Positions 1-8,751 of a stretch of 64,000 nt of DNA are shown one piece after another. The stretch is from Turneriella sp. (lineage in GTDB: Bacteria > Spirochaetota > Leptospiria > Turneriellales > Turneriellaceae), in contig CBDIID010000003.1 in NCBI GenBank assembly GCA_965279515.1, forward strand, positions 4,000,001 to 4,064,000, read 5' to 3'. Every line of letters begins with the position of its first letter. Within the stretch, counting starts at the first letter, position 1. Below the pieces are notes generated by a model. It saw nothing but the letters and a program-made list of their open reading frames with translations. It did not search any database and had not been told where the DNA came from. Both the position numbers and the translations under genes were made by a program.

Positions 1-90
1 TCCCTGCTCGCCGGTCTGGGGCCGAGAACGGCAGAAGCCGTCCGCACCATCCGTAAAAAAATAGCTGAAGAATTGGCGCGCACAAAATGA
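1..90 (+). CDS. hmuT: 3' end of heme/iron ABC transporter periplasmic binding protein (partial)
   Basis: Frame 1 reads SLLAGLGPRTAEAVRTIRKKIAEELARTK*. LxGxGPRT is typical of HmuT C-termini. The TGA overlaps the permease ATG (ATGA). Confidence 0.7.
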   Translation, partial: SLLAGLGPRTAEAVRTIRKKIAEELARTK

Positions 91-1205
91 TGAACCTGCG
101 CGGCGGATCAGCGGCTTCGACACCTGTATTACCCGGCGCCCCAGGCGCTGCGGTTCCCGGGCCGAACTTGTTCTCACGCATACTGCAGCGCCTTGGTGAG
201 AATAAACGCGTGCTGAGTCTCGTGGTTCTCGGCGGCATTCTTTTGCTCTCTGTATGGGCAGCGCTTTCATTCGGCGCCGCGCGCGAATATTCAATTTCCT
301 CCCTCTTTAGCGGTACAGAATTTGAGCGCGATATTCTGCTGAATATCCGCATGCCGCGCGTACTCTTTGCTCTGTTCTGCGGCGCGGGCCTTGCGATCAC
401 GGGTGTGCTGGCGCAGTGCCTGTTCCGCAACCCCCTCGCCGAACCCTATCTCATGGGTACGTCTGCCGGCGCGATGCTGTTTGCCATCATCGCCATTTTT
501 GCTTCGAGCCGCCTCGGCACGAATTTTCATCTCGGTGCCTTCAAGGGTATCGGGCCCGCAGTATTTTCTTTCATCGGCGCTGCGCTTGCCTGCGGCATCG
601 TACTGCGGCTCGGCAAGACCAGCGGCGGGCAGGTGCACTTTGTGCTGCTTGCCGGCATCGCCATCAATGCGCTGGCGTCTTCATTCAGCGGTGTGTTTAT
701 CTTTCTGGCGAATGACCGCGAGCTGCGCGACATCACATTCTGGAATCTCGGCAGTTACGGAGCAGCGACATATCCGGCCGTTTTTATGGCGGGGAGTGTC
801 GCCCTCGTTGCCGGCATCACCGCATACGTGATGCGGCGCCGCCTCGACGCCCTGCTTTTAGGCGAGCAGGTCGCTTTTGATTTGGGCGTAAAAGTCAAGC
901 GTGATCGCCGCATCCTGTTCTTTCTCATCGTGCTCTGCCAGGGGGTGCTGGTTTCGCTCACGGGCATGATCATGTTTGTGTCCCTGGTCGCTCCCCACCT
1001 GACGCGCATGCTCGTCGGGGCCTCTCATCGTTATCTTGTTTTGGGTTCGATCCTTCTGGGGTCGATCATCTCGCTGCTCGCAGACACGGTGGCGCGCCGC
1101 GCCGCTGCGCCGGCGGAGATTCCGCTGGGGGTGCTGACCGGTCTTTTAGGGGCACCGTTCTTTCTCTATATGCTGACGCGGCATAAGGCGAGGGCGATAT
1201 CATGA
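87..1205 (+). CDS. hmuU: Heme/iron ABC transporter permease (FecCD family)
   Basis: IRMPR, FRNPLAEP, LLLGE..A..LG and EIPLG...G.P motifs; polytopic hydrophobicity. Confidence 0.92.
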   Translation: MMNLRGGSAASTPVLPGAPGAAVPGPNLFSRILQRLGENKRVLSLVVLGGILLLSVWAALSFGAAREYSISSLFSGTEFERDILLNIRMPRVLFALFCGAGLAITGVLAQCLFRNPLAEPYLMGTSAGAMLFAIIAIFASSRLGTNFHLGAFKGIGPAVFSFIGAALACGIVLRLGKTSGGQVHFVLLAGIAINALASSFSGVFIFLANDRELRDITFWNLGSYGAATYPAVFMAGSVALVAGITAYVMRRRLDALLLGEQVAFDLGVKVKRDRRILFFLIVLCQGVLVSLTGMIMFVSLVAPHLTRMLVGASHRYLVLGSILLGSIISLLADTVARRAAAPAEIPLGVLTGLLGAPFFLYMLTRHKARAIS

Positions 1206-1975
1206 TTCTCGCCGCCGAAAATCTCGAATATCGTATCAACAGCCGCCTAACGCTGCGCATGCCGAATTTTCAGGTGGCTGCCGGCGAAATTGTCGGCCTC
1301 TTGGGTCCGAACGGCGCAGGCAAGACGACTTTGCTGAATATTGTGACAGGCCTTGTCAGGCCGCACCGCGGCAAGGTAAACCTCAACGGCAAAGATCTAT
1401 TTGCTCTCACCGCGCTCGAGGCCGCGGCGCAACGCTCGGTGATGCGCGCGGCGCATATTGGCGACGGTGCACAGGGGCTCAGTGTGCGCGAGATTATCAC
1501 GCTCGGCAATCTTTCAAATCCGATGCATCCGCGGCTTGCTAATGTACTGGTTGCGGCTTTCGCACACTGCTTCGATCTGGTCGAGCTACTCGACACAGAT
1601 TTTTCTGTCCTGTCAAGCGGTGAGAAACAGCGCGTGCATGCTGCGCGCATTTTTCTCCAGCTGCATGGCCGCGAAAAGGGCCACCTGGTTTTTCTCGACG
1701 AACCCTATGCCCATCTCGATGCGCGGCATACGCAGATTCTCGCGCAGGAACTCGCGACTCTCAAAAAAGACGGCGCCGGCATTGTCGTCATTCTGCACGA
1801 TATTAATTTTGCCGCGCGCCATTGCGACCGCGTGTGTTTCATCAAGGAGGCGGAGATGATCGGCGAATCAGCTGCCGCAAAGATCTATGACCCGGCTTTG
1901 CTGGCTAAGGTCTATGGTGCATCCTTTACCGTGCTGAAGTCGGGCAAGAGTCGTTATGTTGTTTCAGATTATTAA
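1202..1975 (+). CDS. hmuV: Heme/iron ABC transporter ATP-binding protein
   Basis: Walker A GPNGAGKT, signature LSSGEKQR, Walker B FLDEP, ILHD; ATGA overlap with the permease. Confidence 0.9.
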   Translation: MILAAENLEYRINSRLTLRMPNFQVAAGEIVGLLGPNGAGKTTLLNIVTGLVRPHRGKVNLNGKDLFALTALEAAAQRSVMRAAHIGDGAQGLSVREIITLGNLSNPMHPRLANVLVAAFAHCFDLVELLDTDFSVLSSGEKQRVHAARIFLQLHGREKGHLVFLDEPYAHLDARHTQILAQELATLKKDGAGIVVILHDINFAARHCDRVCFIKEAEMIGESAAAKIYDPALLAKVYGASFTVLKSGKSRYVVSDY

Positions 1976-1988
1976 CAGGGAGGATGTG

Positions 1989-2645
1989 ATGCGTATTTCA
2001 GCTTATTTTATGATCGGGGTGTCATTGGCGGTAATCCATTGTGCGGCAGATCTGCAGACCTCGGATGGCGGTATTAAAAGTTCCAATACCGTGGCGGCGG
2101 TGACCACCACCTCTTTAGGCGACGGTACATTCAAAACCATAATCGATGCCACTTCAACTTCAGCGTGGCGGTATTTCAATTTTGAAACTTCCGCCGAAGC
2201 CACAGTGAACAATCCGCAGAGCGACGCCGCCTGGGATCTCGGCTTTCAACGTTTTTTGATTAAGGTGAACGGAGGCATCAGCGGCACGGCGGGGGCGGCG
2301 GTGCAACCGATTACGGGGGCGAGTTTTACGGCACTGACGCAATCCCCCATTTTCACAACACCCCTCGTGGATGTGGCAGACGCGGGGGACGCAAACGACG
2401 CATGCCGGCCAACTACCGCGAATGTTCTTTATGCCTTTTTGAAATCCACGCAGGTGCCGAATGCCTGCTGGCTCTATTACACCGGTGCCCCGGATCACCA
2501 GCTTTTGTCGCGTAAAGACGATGTCGCCTATGTCGTTCGCACCAGCAATCCCAAGTACTATAAGGTGCAGGTGCTCAGCTATTATGGTTCCACAGGAACT
2601 TCTGGGATCATGTCTTTCCGTTGGGCGGAGGTCGCTGCACCGTGA
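1989..2645 (+). CDS. hmuY: HmuY-family heme-binding lipoprotein
   Basis: Lipobox (VIHC); WRYFNF...WDLGFQR..IKVNGG; YYKVQVLSYY...G.MSFRW; GGGAGG RBS before ATG 1989. Confidence 0.85.
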   Translation: MRISAYFMIGVSLAVIHCAADLQTSDGGIKSSNTVAAVTTTSLGDGTFKTIIDATSTSAWRYFNFETSAEATVNNPQSDAAWDLGFQRFLIKVNGGISGTAGAAVQPITGASFTALTQSPIFTTPLVDVADAGDANDACRPTTANVLYAFLKSTQVPNACWLYYTGAPDHQLLSRKDDVAYVVRTSNPKYYKVQVLSYYGSTGTSGIMSFRWAEVAAP

Positions 2646-2667
2646 TTTTGGCTTTTTTTAAATGGTT

Positions 2668-2692
2668 TATAATGAGAATAAGTATCATTATC
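2668..2692. promoter_or_regulatory. Putative Fur box (two overlapping sites)
   Basis: TATAATGAGAATAAGTATCATTATC; two 19-mers, each 15/19 to GATAATGATAATCATTATC by hand count; lies inside a heme-uptake locus. Confidence 0.6.
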
Positions 2693-4651
2693 ATTATAAA
2701 TGTCTCTGCAATAGCCGCAGCCCCCGCTGAACCCGAAGAAGATGCCTCCGGTATCGAACGCAGATTGCGGCATAAAAAAGTCATTATCTCGGCCGCACGC
2801 ACCGAGACGCAACTCGCCGATTCGGTCGTTCAGGTGGAAGTCATATCAAAGGAAGACATCCGCAACAGGGGCGCCCGTACGGTTTCAGATGTCTTGAATA
2901 ATCAGACGGGTTTCTTCATTCAGCGCTCGGGTATTTCGGGAGATAACGTACAGATACAGGGACTGAACTCGACATACCTGCTGATTCTGCGAGACGGAGA
3001 GAGAATTAATGGCAGGCTGAATGGCGGAAATTACGATCTGTCGCGCCTGCGTGTAGAAAATATCGAGCGGATCGAAATTGTGCGGGGATCTGCTTCGGCG
3101 GTGTATGGGGCAGATGCGATTGCGGGCGTCATCAACATCGTTACGCGGCAACCGGACAAGCCGCGTGCCGAGGCCCGCATCCAGGGCGGGAATATGGGAG
3201 CCCTCGACGCCGCTGCGGCTTTCAGTTTCCCCCTGGGTAAGTTTGGCTTTAAGGGAGCGGGAGGCTACCGGACCCAACAACCTTTTCGTTATGACAAAAA
3301 TTCTGTCAAAACCGACGGCCGCGGTATCGTCGATTATTCGGGCGAGGGCGGTGTCGAATACAATTTTGCGCCGAATTGGGTTGCCGCGGTCCAGGGCGAT
3401 TACCAGCAGCGCAGGCTCTGGGGAACAGATGCCCTGATCTCGGGCGGTATTTTCGACCGGACAAATCTGACAGAAACAGGGCAGGCGGCTTTTCGTATTC
3501 ATACGCGGCGAAACACGGACACATATAACCAGAACCTGACCGAGCGTGACGATTCCAAACTGCGCAAAGAATTGGATCAGGACTATGGCAAGGCGGATTT
3601 CAGGCTGAACGGCAGTTATACCTTGTTTAAGGATCAGTATCTTTACGATCAGCGCAATGATACCGCACTCGATAAATATGAACCGACGCGCGAGAACACT
3701 TATGTAATCCACGGTCAGGCGGCCATACCCGTCGGCATAGGGCGACTGACAACAGGCGCCGAAGGGTTTTTTGAAAATCTCACCACGGTTCGTATTGTTC
3801 CCGATTTCGTCAAGCGGCACCGGGCGTCGGGTTATACGCAACTGGAGAGCCGTTTTTTTGACGGCCTGGTGATTACACCCGGTGTCCGTTATGACCACGA
3901 TTCGCAATTCGGCGACTATGTCTCGCCCCGTATCGGCGCTAAGTGGGGCAATGAAGATTTTATTATCCGGGCGAGCGCCGGTATGGGGTACCGCGCCCCG
4001 TCATTCCGCGAACTGTACCTGTACTTTGAAAATCCCTCAGTGGGTTATACCGCCGTTGGGAATCCCCTTCTTAACGCCGAAAGCACGAAGAGCGTCAATT
4101 TTGGAGCAGAAGCTTATGTGACGAAAAAACTGAGCCTGGATGTGAATGCCTATTTTAATGACATCAGCAATTACATTGCGACTAAAACAGTCACGCTAAA
4201 TCCGCTGGCTTTCCAGTATGACAATATCGCGCGCGCGAATACAACGGGACTGGACAACCGGATAACCTATTATGTACATAAATACCTGCGCGCGTCGCTC
4301 GGCTATTCCCTGACTTTTGCAGAGAATGTCGGCAGGGGCCTGCCTTTGCAGGGAGTTGCGAGGCATCGGGGTAATGTGGGATTCTTATTCCGTTACAGAG
4401 GCCTGATGCTGCGCGGACTGCTTTCTGTGGTCGATCGCATGCCGTATTATGTGAATACAGATCTGGCGACGCAGGTGGATTATTATACTGCGCCTTATTG
4501 GACCGCCGACGTCAATGCAGAGTATCTGGTGGCTGGTGGATTCAGTATCTATGCCGGGGGGGAGAATCTCAATTCAGCGGGCGATATAAATTACCTGCCG
4601 ATGGCACCCGTGCGGATATACGGCGGCGTGCGTTACATTTTCGGAGATTGA
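2672..4651 (+). CDS. TonB-dependent (heme) outer-membrane receptor
   Basis: Plug motifs (IERIEIVRGSASAVYGADAIAGVINI), GYRAPSFREL, C-terminal YGGVRYIF; likely start ATG 2672 (ORF open from 2621). Confidence 0.9.
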   Translation: MRISIIIIINVSAIAAAPAEPEEDASGIERRLRHKKVIISAARTETQLADSVVQVEVISKEDIRNRGARTVSDVLNNQTGFFIQRSGISGDNVQIQGLNSTYLLILRDGERINGRLNGGNYDLSRLRVENIERIEIVRGSASAVYGADAIAGVINIVTRQPDKPRAEARIQGGNMGALDAAAAFSFPLGKFGFKGAGGYRTQQPFRYDKNSVKTDGRGIVDYSGEGGVEYNFAPNWVAAVQGDYQQRRLWGTDALISGGIFDRTNLTETGQAAFRIHTRRNTDTYNQNLTERDDSKLRKELDQDYGKADFRLNGSYTLFKDQYLYDQRNDTALDKYEPTRENTYVIHGQAAIPVGIGRLTTGAEGFFENLTTVRIVPDFVKRHRASGYTQLESRFFDGLVITPGVRYDHDSQFGDYVSPRIGAKWGNEDFIIRASAGMGYRAPSFRELYLYFENPSVGYTAVGNPLLNAESTKSVNFGAEAYVTKKLSLDVNAYFNDISNYIATKTVTLNPLAFQYDNIARANTTGLDNRITYYVHKYLRASLGYSLTFAENVGRGLPLQGVARHRGNVGFLFRYRGLMLRGLLSVVDRMPYYVNTDLATQVDYYTAPYWTADVNAEYLVAGGFSIYAGGENLNSAGDINYLPMAPVRIYGGVRYIFGD

Positions 4652-4685
4652 AGCTTTTAACGGAACGGAGCAGGCATGGGCTTTA

Positions 4686-4704
4686 AATGAGAATGATTCT
4701 CGTT
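4686..4704. promoter_or_regulatory. Putative Fur box
   Basis: AATGAGAAT-G-ATTCTCGTT, a 9-1-9 palindrome with one mismatch, in an AT-rich intergenic region upstream of the lipoprotein gene. Confidence 0.7.
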
Positions 4705-4742
4705 ATTGATTGTGTTGTTTTAAAAAATAAAAGGAGAAAAAT

Positions 4743-5405
4743 ATGAAAAAAGGAAAAATCAAAATGCTCATCGCGATTTGCGGCATGAGCCTTATTGCTG
4801 CACAGTGTGCGAAGACAGAAGAGGCGGCGGCCGCCAAGGCAACGGAATGTACAACGGAGACAACAGGGTACGCAACGGGCACGTATGTTGCGTTGTGTAC
4901 GCCTGAAGCGGGAGCGGGACGATTTTTCGTACTTCAAGGGCTGAATTCTGCAGCGGTGAACGGATTTGCATACATTTTTGTCGGCTATAGTGCGACACCA
5001 ACAACTGCATCTGCCTTCACAACGGGACAATATGCCTTGATCACCGGCCGTTCTAATGGTCCGGTGAGTTTCAGTTATTTCAGGAATGCAACCGCAACAT
5101 ATTCTGGTACGGAAGCAAACGGTTCAGCGACACCCGATATTTATGCATCCACCAATATCGAAGTCTGCGCGGAATTTGTACCTGCAACAGGCGCTGCGCC
5201 GCGCGTCATCTTCTGGGTGACGGGCCAGAACGGTGCCAATTGCGCTTCGCGTACAAATTTGACGCAGGCAACGGCGCTCGTCAACTACGCGGCATTTACC
5301 GATAACACCAATGCCTTAACGTTAGGGCAGGCGTATTACCGCTTTAACAATACGGCATTGCTCAGCGGTACGAAGATCATTGTTTCCTCAAAAAGCAATT
5401 TCTGA
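4743..5405 (+). CDS. Hypothetical lipoprotein (Thr/Ala-rich, Cys-containing)
   Basis: AGGAG RBS; basic N-terminus, hydrophobic core and lipobox IAAQC. Confidence 0.8.
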   Translation: MKKGKIKMLIAICGMSLIAAQCAKTEEAAAAKATECTTETTGYATGTYVALCTPEAGAGRFFVLQGLNSAAVNGFAYIFVGYSATPTTASAFTTGQYALITGRSNGPVSFSYFRNATATYSGTEANGSATPDIYASTNIEVCAEFVPATGAAPRVIFWVTGQNGANCASRTNLTQATALVNYAAFTDNTNALTLGQAYYRFNNTALLSGTKIIVSSKSNF

Positions 5406-5407
5406 TT

Positions 5408-6454
5408 TTAGTTTTCTTCCAGCCAGCCCAGCACTTCGCTGAGCGGCTTGGAGGAGACGATCGTGTGGTAGACACCCTTTTCGAGAAAATAAACCGACTT
5501 AAACGCGCCAGCGAAGTTCACCCGGTATTTGCGCTTCGCTTCCAGTAAAAGCCCGCGCGGCGGTATCAGGTTCAAACCATAATCTTTCACCTGCGTGTAG
5601 TAGGTCTGGTATGGCAGGTTTTCGAAGTAAGCCGTGAATGCGGGGATGATCCCCTGCACACGGATAATTTTTTTCAAGGGAAACTCAGCAGAGCTTTTCG
5701 GCAATACAATTTTGAAATTTGCGGCGGCGTTCGCGGCTGTTAAAGAGAAATTCTTACCCGCGAGGTCATATTCGGCGACAGTTGTACCCGGCGGAAATCT
5801 GAATGTCAAATCATTCTCCGCTGTTTTTTGGAATGTTATCTCACGGAACTCAAGGCGGTATTTTTCATTGCCGTTCTTTCGCATGATCGTCCGAAGCGCA
5901 AAGGCATAGTTCGGCTCGACAAATGCCTGCCATTCGAAGCTGAAGGGCGATGCGGCAAATGCAGCGTTGGGTTTGTAGAGAATGCCCTTTGTCTCATAAC
6001 CCGCGACCTGCGCGTCTTCGAGCTGGCTGATGTCATAGTGATCGACATGCCAGTCATATTCGAGTTCAAGCCAGCGCACCTGATCGGATAAAGAAAGCTC
6101 GGGCACGTTGCGGTAACGGATGCCGAATCCCGATTTAGGGAAATGCGTGGCGAGTGTGCTGCCGGCATAGTGGAGCACGCTGCCTTCGGCGGCGCCTTTC
6201 GAAACCGTTTTCGCCGTCGCGGCAACCGGATTGACGCGCGCCGAGATGCGGGTGTCCTGTGGCGTTTTGGCGACGCCGGTTTCGCTGTACGTGCCGGTAA
6301 ATGCCGTGAGCGTCGCCATGCGCTTCAGGATAGTCTCTTTTTCGAGCTTGCGCATGCCCTTGGAGCAGAACACACATAAGCCGGTAACAATGCAGATTCC
6401 CAGAATGAGAATACTGCTCCGTCCTTGGCGGGAGGTCCTTGTTTTCCATTTCAT
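5408..6454 (-). CDS. Hypothetical exported protein, possibly LolA/RseB-like fold
   Basis: Signal/lipoprotein-like N-terminus; the 'LEFREITF...FRFPPGTTV' segment resembles LolA-like C-termini; ATG overlaps the upstream stop (ATGA). Confidence 0.6.
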   Translation of the reverse strand: MKWKTRTSRQGRSSILILGICIVTGLCVFCSKGMRKLEKETILKRMATLTAFTGTYSETGVAKTPQDTRISARVNPVAATAKTVSKGAAEGSVLHYAGSTLATHFPKSGFGIRYRNVPELSLSDQVRWLELEYDWHVDHYDISQLEDAQVAGYETKGILYKPNAAFAASPFSFEWQAFVEPNYAFALRTIMRKNGNEKYRLEFREITFQKTAENDLTFRFPPGTTVAEYDLAGKNFSLTAANAAANFKIVLPKSSAEFPLKKIIRVQGIIPAFTAYFENLPYQTYYTQVKDYGLNLIPPRGLLLEAKRKYRVNFAGAFKSVYFLEKGVYHTIVSSKPLSEVLGWLEEN

Positions 6455-7341
6455 ATGAACCACCTCGGATTTTTAATCACTACGACAAATACACAGAGGC
6501 TCGCTATTAAAAGCAATACCGCGAGCAGAAGCGACGTCTTTTGCCGCAAGTAGACATCCCCCTCGGCTGGTCGGATGCCATGGCGGGAAAAAATATTCTT
6601 CACGAATGCCCATGGCCCCCAGATCTGGGCAAAAATAATTTCGCCGCGCGGCGCCGGCTCGTGGATGCCAAATGCCACCGGATTTGTTTCAGGAACGAAG
6701 GTGCCAAAGAGTTTATCCCAGAAAATGAAAATGCCGGCGAAATTCTGATCGATGTATTCGGGGTTCATGCCGTGGTGCACGCGGTGGTGTGACGGTGTGT
6801 TGAAGAGCCAGCCCCAGAAACGCGGCAGGTTCACAAGCTGCGTGTGCATGAAGAACTGGTAGGTGAGCGACGCCGCCTGCACAAGCAGAATGTGTTCGAC
6901 CTTGAAGCCGGCGAGCGCCAGCGGCAGCCAGAACAGAATCCCGGGAAACGGCAGCCAGGTTTGCCTGAGGCCCACCGAAAGATTGAATTCATTCGACGAA
7001 TGGTGCACGACGTGGGACATCCACAGCAGCGAAAGTTTGTGGCTGAGCCTGTGAAACCAGTAGAAGCAGAAGTCGTCGGCAACAATCAGCAGCACCCAAT
7101 ACCACCACGTAATGGGGAGCTTTGCCGTGCCGAGCGAGAGCTGCAGATAGCTCATGATCAGGTATTCGAGATAGCCGTAGATTGCGGCGATGACCAGGTA
7201 GATGGTATAGGCCGAAACATTCGTCAGCGTGCCGGCGAGCGAATAGACATGCCGGCGCAGCGCGAGTGACAACAAGAGCTCAATCAATACGATCGCATTG
7301 ACGAAGCCAAGAGTGATGACGACGCTCTGGTGCCAGGGCAT
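6451..7341 (-). CDS. Sterol desaturase / fatty acid hydroxylase family (alkylglycerol monooxygenase-like)
   Basis: His boxes YWFHRLSH, HVVHH, FFMH, HHRVHH; NFAGIFIFWDKLFGTF. Confidence 0.88.
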   Translation of the reverse strand: MPWHQSVVITLGFVNAIVLIELLLSLALRRHVYSLAGTLTNVSAYTIYLVIAAIYGYLEYLIMSYLQLSLGTAKLPITWWYWVLLIVADDFCFYWFHRLSHKLSLLWMSHVVHHSSNEFNLSVGLRQTWLPFPGILFWLPLALAGFKVEHILLVQAASLTYQFFMHTQLVNLPRFWGWLFNTPSHHRVHHGMNPEYIDQNFAGIFIFWDKLFGTFVPETNPVAFGIHEPAPRGEIIFAQIWGPWAFVKNIFSRHGIRPAEGDVYLRQKTSLLLAVLLLIASLCVFVVVIKNPRWFI

Positions 7342-7353
7342 ATTATTTATTTC

Positions 7354-7389
7354 TTAGGGGGGCTGCGCCACCCCTGGGCCCCCTGCTGC
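7354..7389. repeat. REP-like GC-rich intergenic element
   Basis: TTAGGGGGGCTGCGCCACCCCTGGGCCCCCTGCTGC; similar to the element at 25618-25653. Confidence 0.5.
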
Positions 7390-7398
7390 TTGAGCACA

Positions 7399-7953
7399 TC
7401 AAAAGTACCAAGCCCCTATTATCGAAATCACTCCGCCGTGCGGCAGTATTGCGTTTGTATTGCGATAGAAGGGTAGTTGTACCCCCGCTTCGACCGCAAC
7501 CGCAAAATTCTGTGAGACGAAAAATTCGAGGCCGCTGCGTCCTGTAATAGCTGCGCTGTCGCGGCCGTCGCTGAATTGGTAGAGATAATTGAGTTCTGAG
7601 ACAAAATAGGGTCTCCAGAAATTGCTGACCAGCACGGGATAGCGCAGAATGAACTGGCTGACTGGCATGACTGAGATTAAGTACTGTGTCGAAGTACCCG
7701 GTTCGTCACGCAGAGTGAAGAGCGTGCGGCCGCCGGCGGCATAGGCGAACCAACTGTTGAAGGCATACGATGCTCTGAGGCCGACGCCCTGGTACGGCGC
7801 GGCGAGGGAATAATCCCAATGGATGCCATGCGCGGCTGTGTTCGGGCGGAATCTCTCTTCCACAGCTCCCTGAGCTTGCACCGCCGCGCTCAGCAGTAAG
7901 CAGGAAATCCCCATAAGTGCCGATCGTGTTATCTGTTTCATGTCATTCTCCAT
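7399..7953 (-). CDS. Hypothetical outer-membrane beta-barrel protein
   Basis: Signal peptide (AVQA), alternating beta strands, C-terminal aromatic GAWYF. Confidence 0.7.
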   Translation of the reverse strand: MENDMKQITRSALMGISCLLLSAAVQAQGAVEERFRPNTAAHGIHWDYSLAAPYQGVGLRASYAFNSWFAYAAGGRTLFTLRDEPGTSTQYLISVMPVSQFILRYPVLVSNFWRPYFVSELNYLYQFSDGRDSAAITGRSGLEFFVSQNFAVAVEAGVQLPFYRNTNAILPHGGVISIIGAWYF

Positions 7954-8012
7954 TCATAGAATGTATCGACCTTATAAGGGATTTTTCGGCTTTGTCGACT
8001 CTTTGTATACAA

Positions 8013-8462
8013 ATGGACGCTGAAATTGAGCGGCTCGCCGGCATCACACGCGCACAGGCGCTGCGCGTAGACGAAGTTAACGTCTACGAACGACTGGGTG
8101 AGGCCACGATTCTGAAACTGAGCACCGCCTTCTACACGCGGGTCTATGCCGACAGCGAGCAGTGGTTCCGCAATATCTTCAAGGGGCGCCCCATTGAAGA
8201 GGCGATTCAGAATCAGGTGGATTTCTTCATTCAGCGCCTCGGCGGCCCGCCGAGGTTTTCTGAGCGCAAGGGACATCCCGCGCTCATTGCCCGGCATTTA
8301 AATTTCAATATGAACCAAAAGGCCGCGGAGCGCTGGCTTTTTCACATGCGCCTGGCCTTCGACGATACACCCGAAATCGACACCGATTCGCGCCAGCGCA
8401 TGCTCGACTTCTTCACGCATACGGCATACTTTTTGCACCTGGGCGTCAGTTCCCGGAAATAA
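8013..8462 (+). CDS. Group II truncated (2/2) hemoglobin, GLB3-like
   Basis: FYTRVY, FFIQRLGGPP.FSERKGHPALIARH, AAERWL..M. Confidence 0.9.
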   Translation: MDAEIERLAGITRAQALRVDEVNVYERLGEATILKLSTAFYTRVYADSEQWFRNIFKGRPIEEAIQNQVDFFIQRLGGPPRFSERKGHPALIARHLNFNMNQKAAERWLFHMRLAFDDTPEIDTDSRQRMLDFFTHTAYFLHLGVSSRK

Positions 8463-8466
8463 AATG

Positions 8467-8540
8467 TGGGCACACCAGGACTTGAACCTGGGACCAACGG
8501 ATTATGAGTCCGCCGCTCTAACCAACTGAGCTATGTGCCC
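8467..8540 (-). tRNA. tRNA with CAT anticodon (probably tRNA-Ile2, otherwise elongator Met); CCA not encoded
   Basis: Reverse complement GGGCACATAGCTCAGTTGGTTAGAGCGGCGGACTCATAATCCGTTGGTCCCAGGTTCAAGTCCTGGTGTGCCCA folds as a full cloverleaf. Confidence 0.95.
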
Positions 8541-8546
8541 GAAAAA

Positions 8547-8627
8547 GAGCCCGCGGTCTAACCAACTGTGAGCGTCTTCGCTCTCCGGAGCAAAATGCTA
8601 TGCATTTTGCGGAGGTGCTATGTGCCC
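8547..8627 (-). pseudogene. Degenerate duplicate of the tRNA 5' half, interrupted by a ~48-nt hairpin insert
   Basis: CCGCGGTCTAACCAACTG-[insert containing GCAAAATGC-TAT-GCATTTTGC]-GCTATGTGCCC repeats 8510-8540. Confidence 0.7.
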
Positions 8628-8751
8628 TAAAAAAAACTCACTCCGTCAAGCTAAAGCATATTCAAAACTGCATTGCTGAAGATAGTTTTCCTGCAATTTT
8701 CGCTTTGCTCGACGCGACACCACGTCTCGACTTTCAGGGCGTGTTAATACC

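Noticed and set aside
2885..3907. 340-aa antisense ORF, and similar long shadow ORFs (e.g. 18805-19506, 23236-24003, 42652-43434, 57042-57686)
   Set aside because: They lie fully opposite well-supported genes, have no recognisable motifs, and are expected from codon bias in GC-rich DNA
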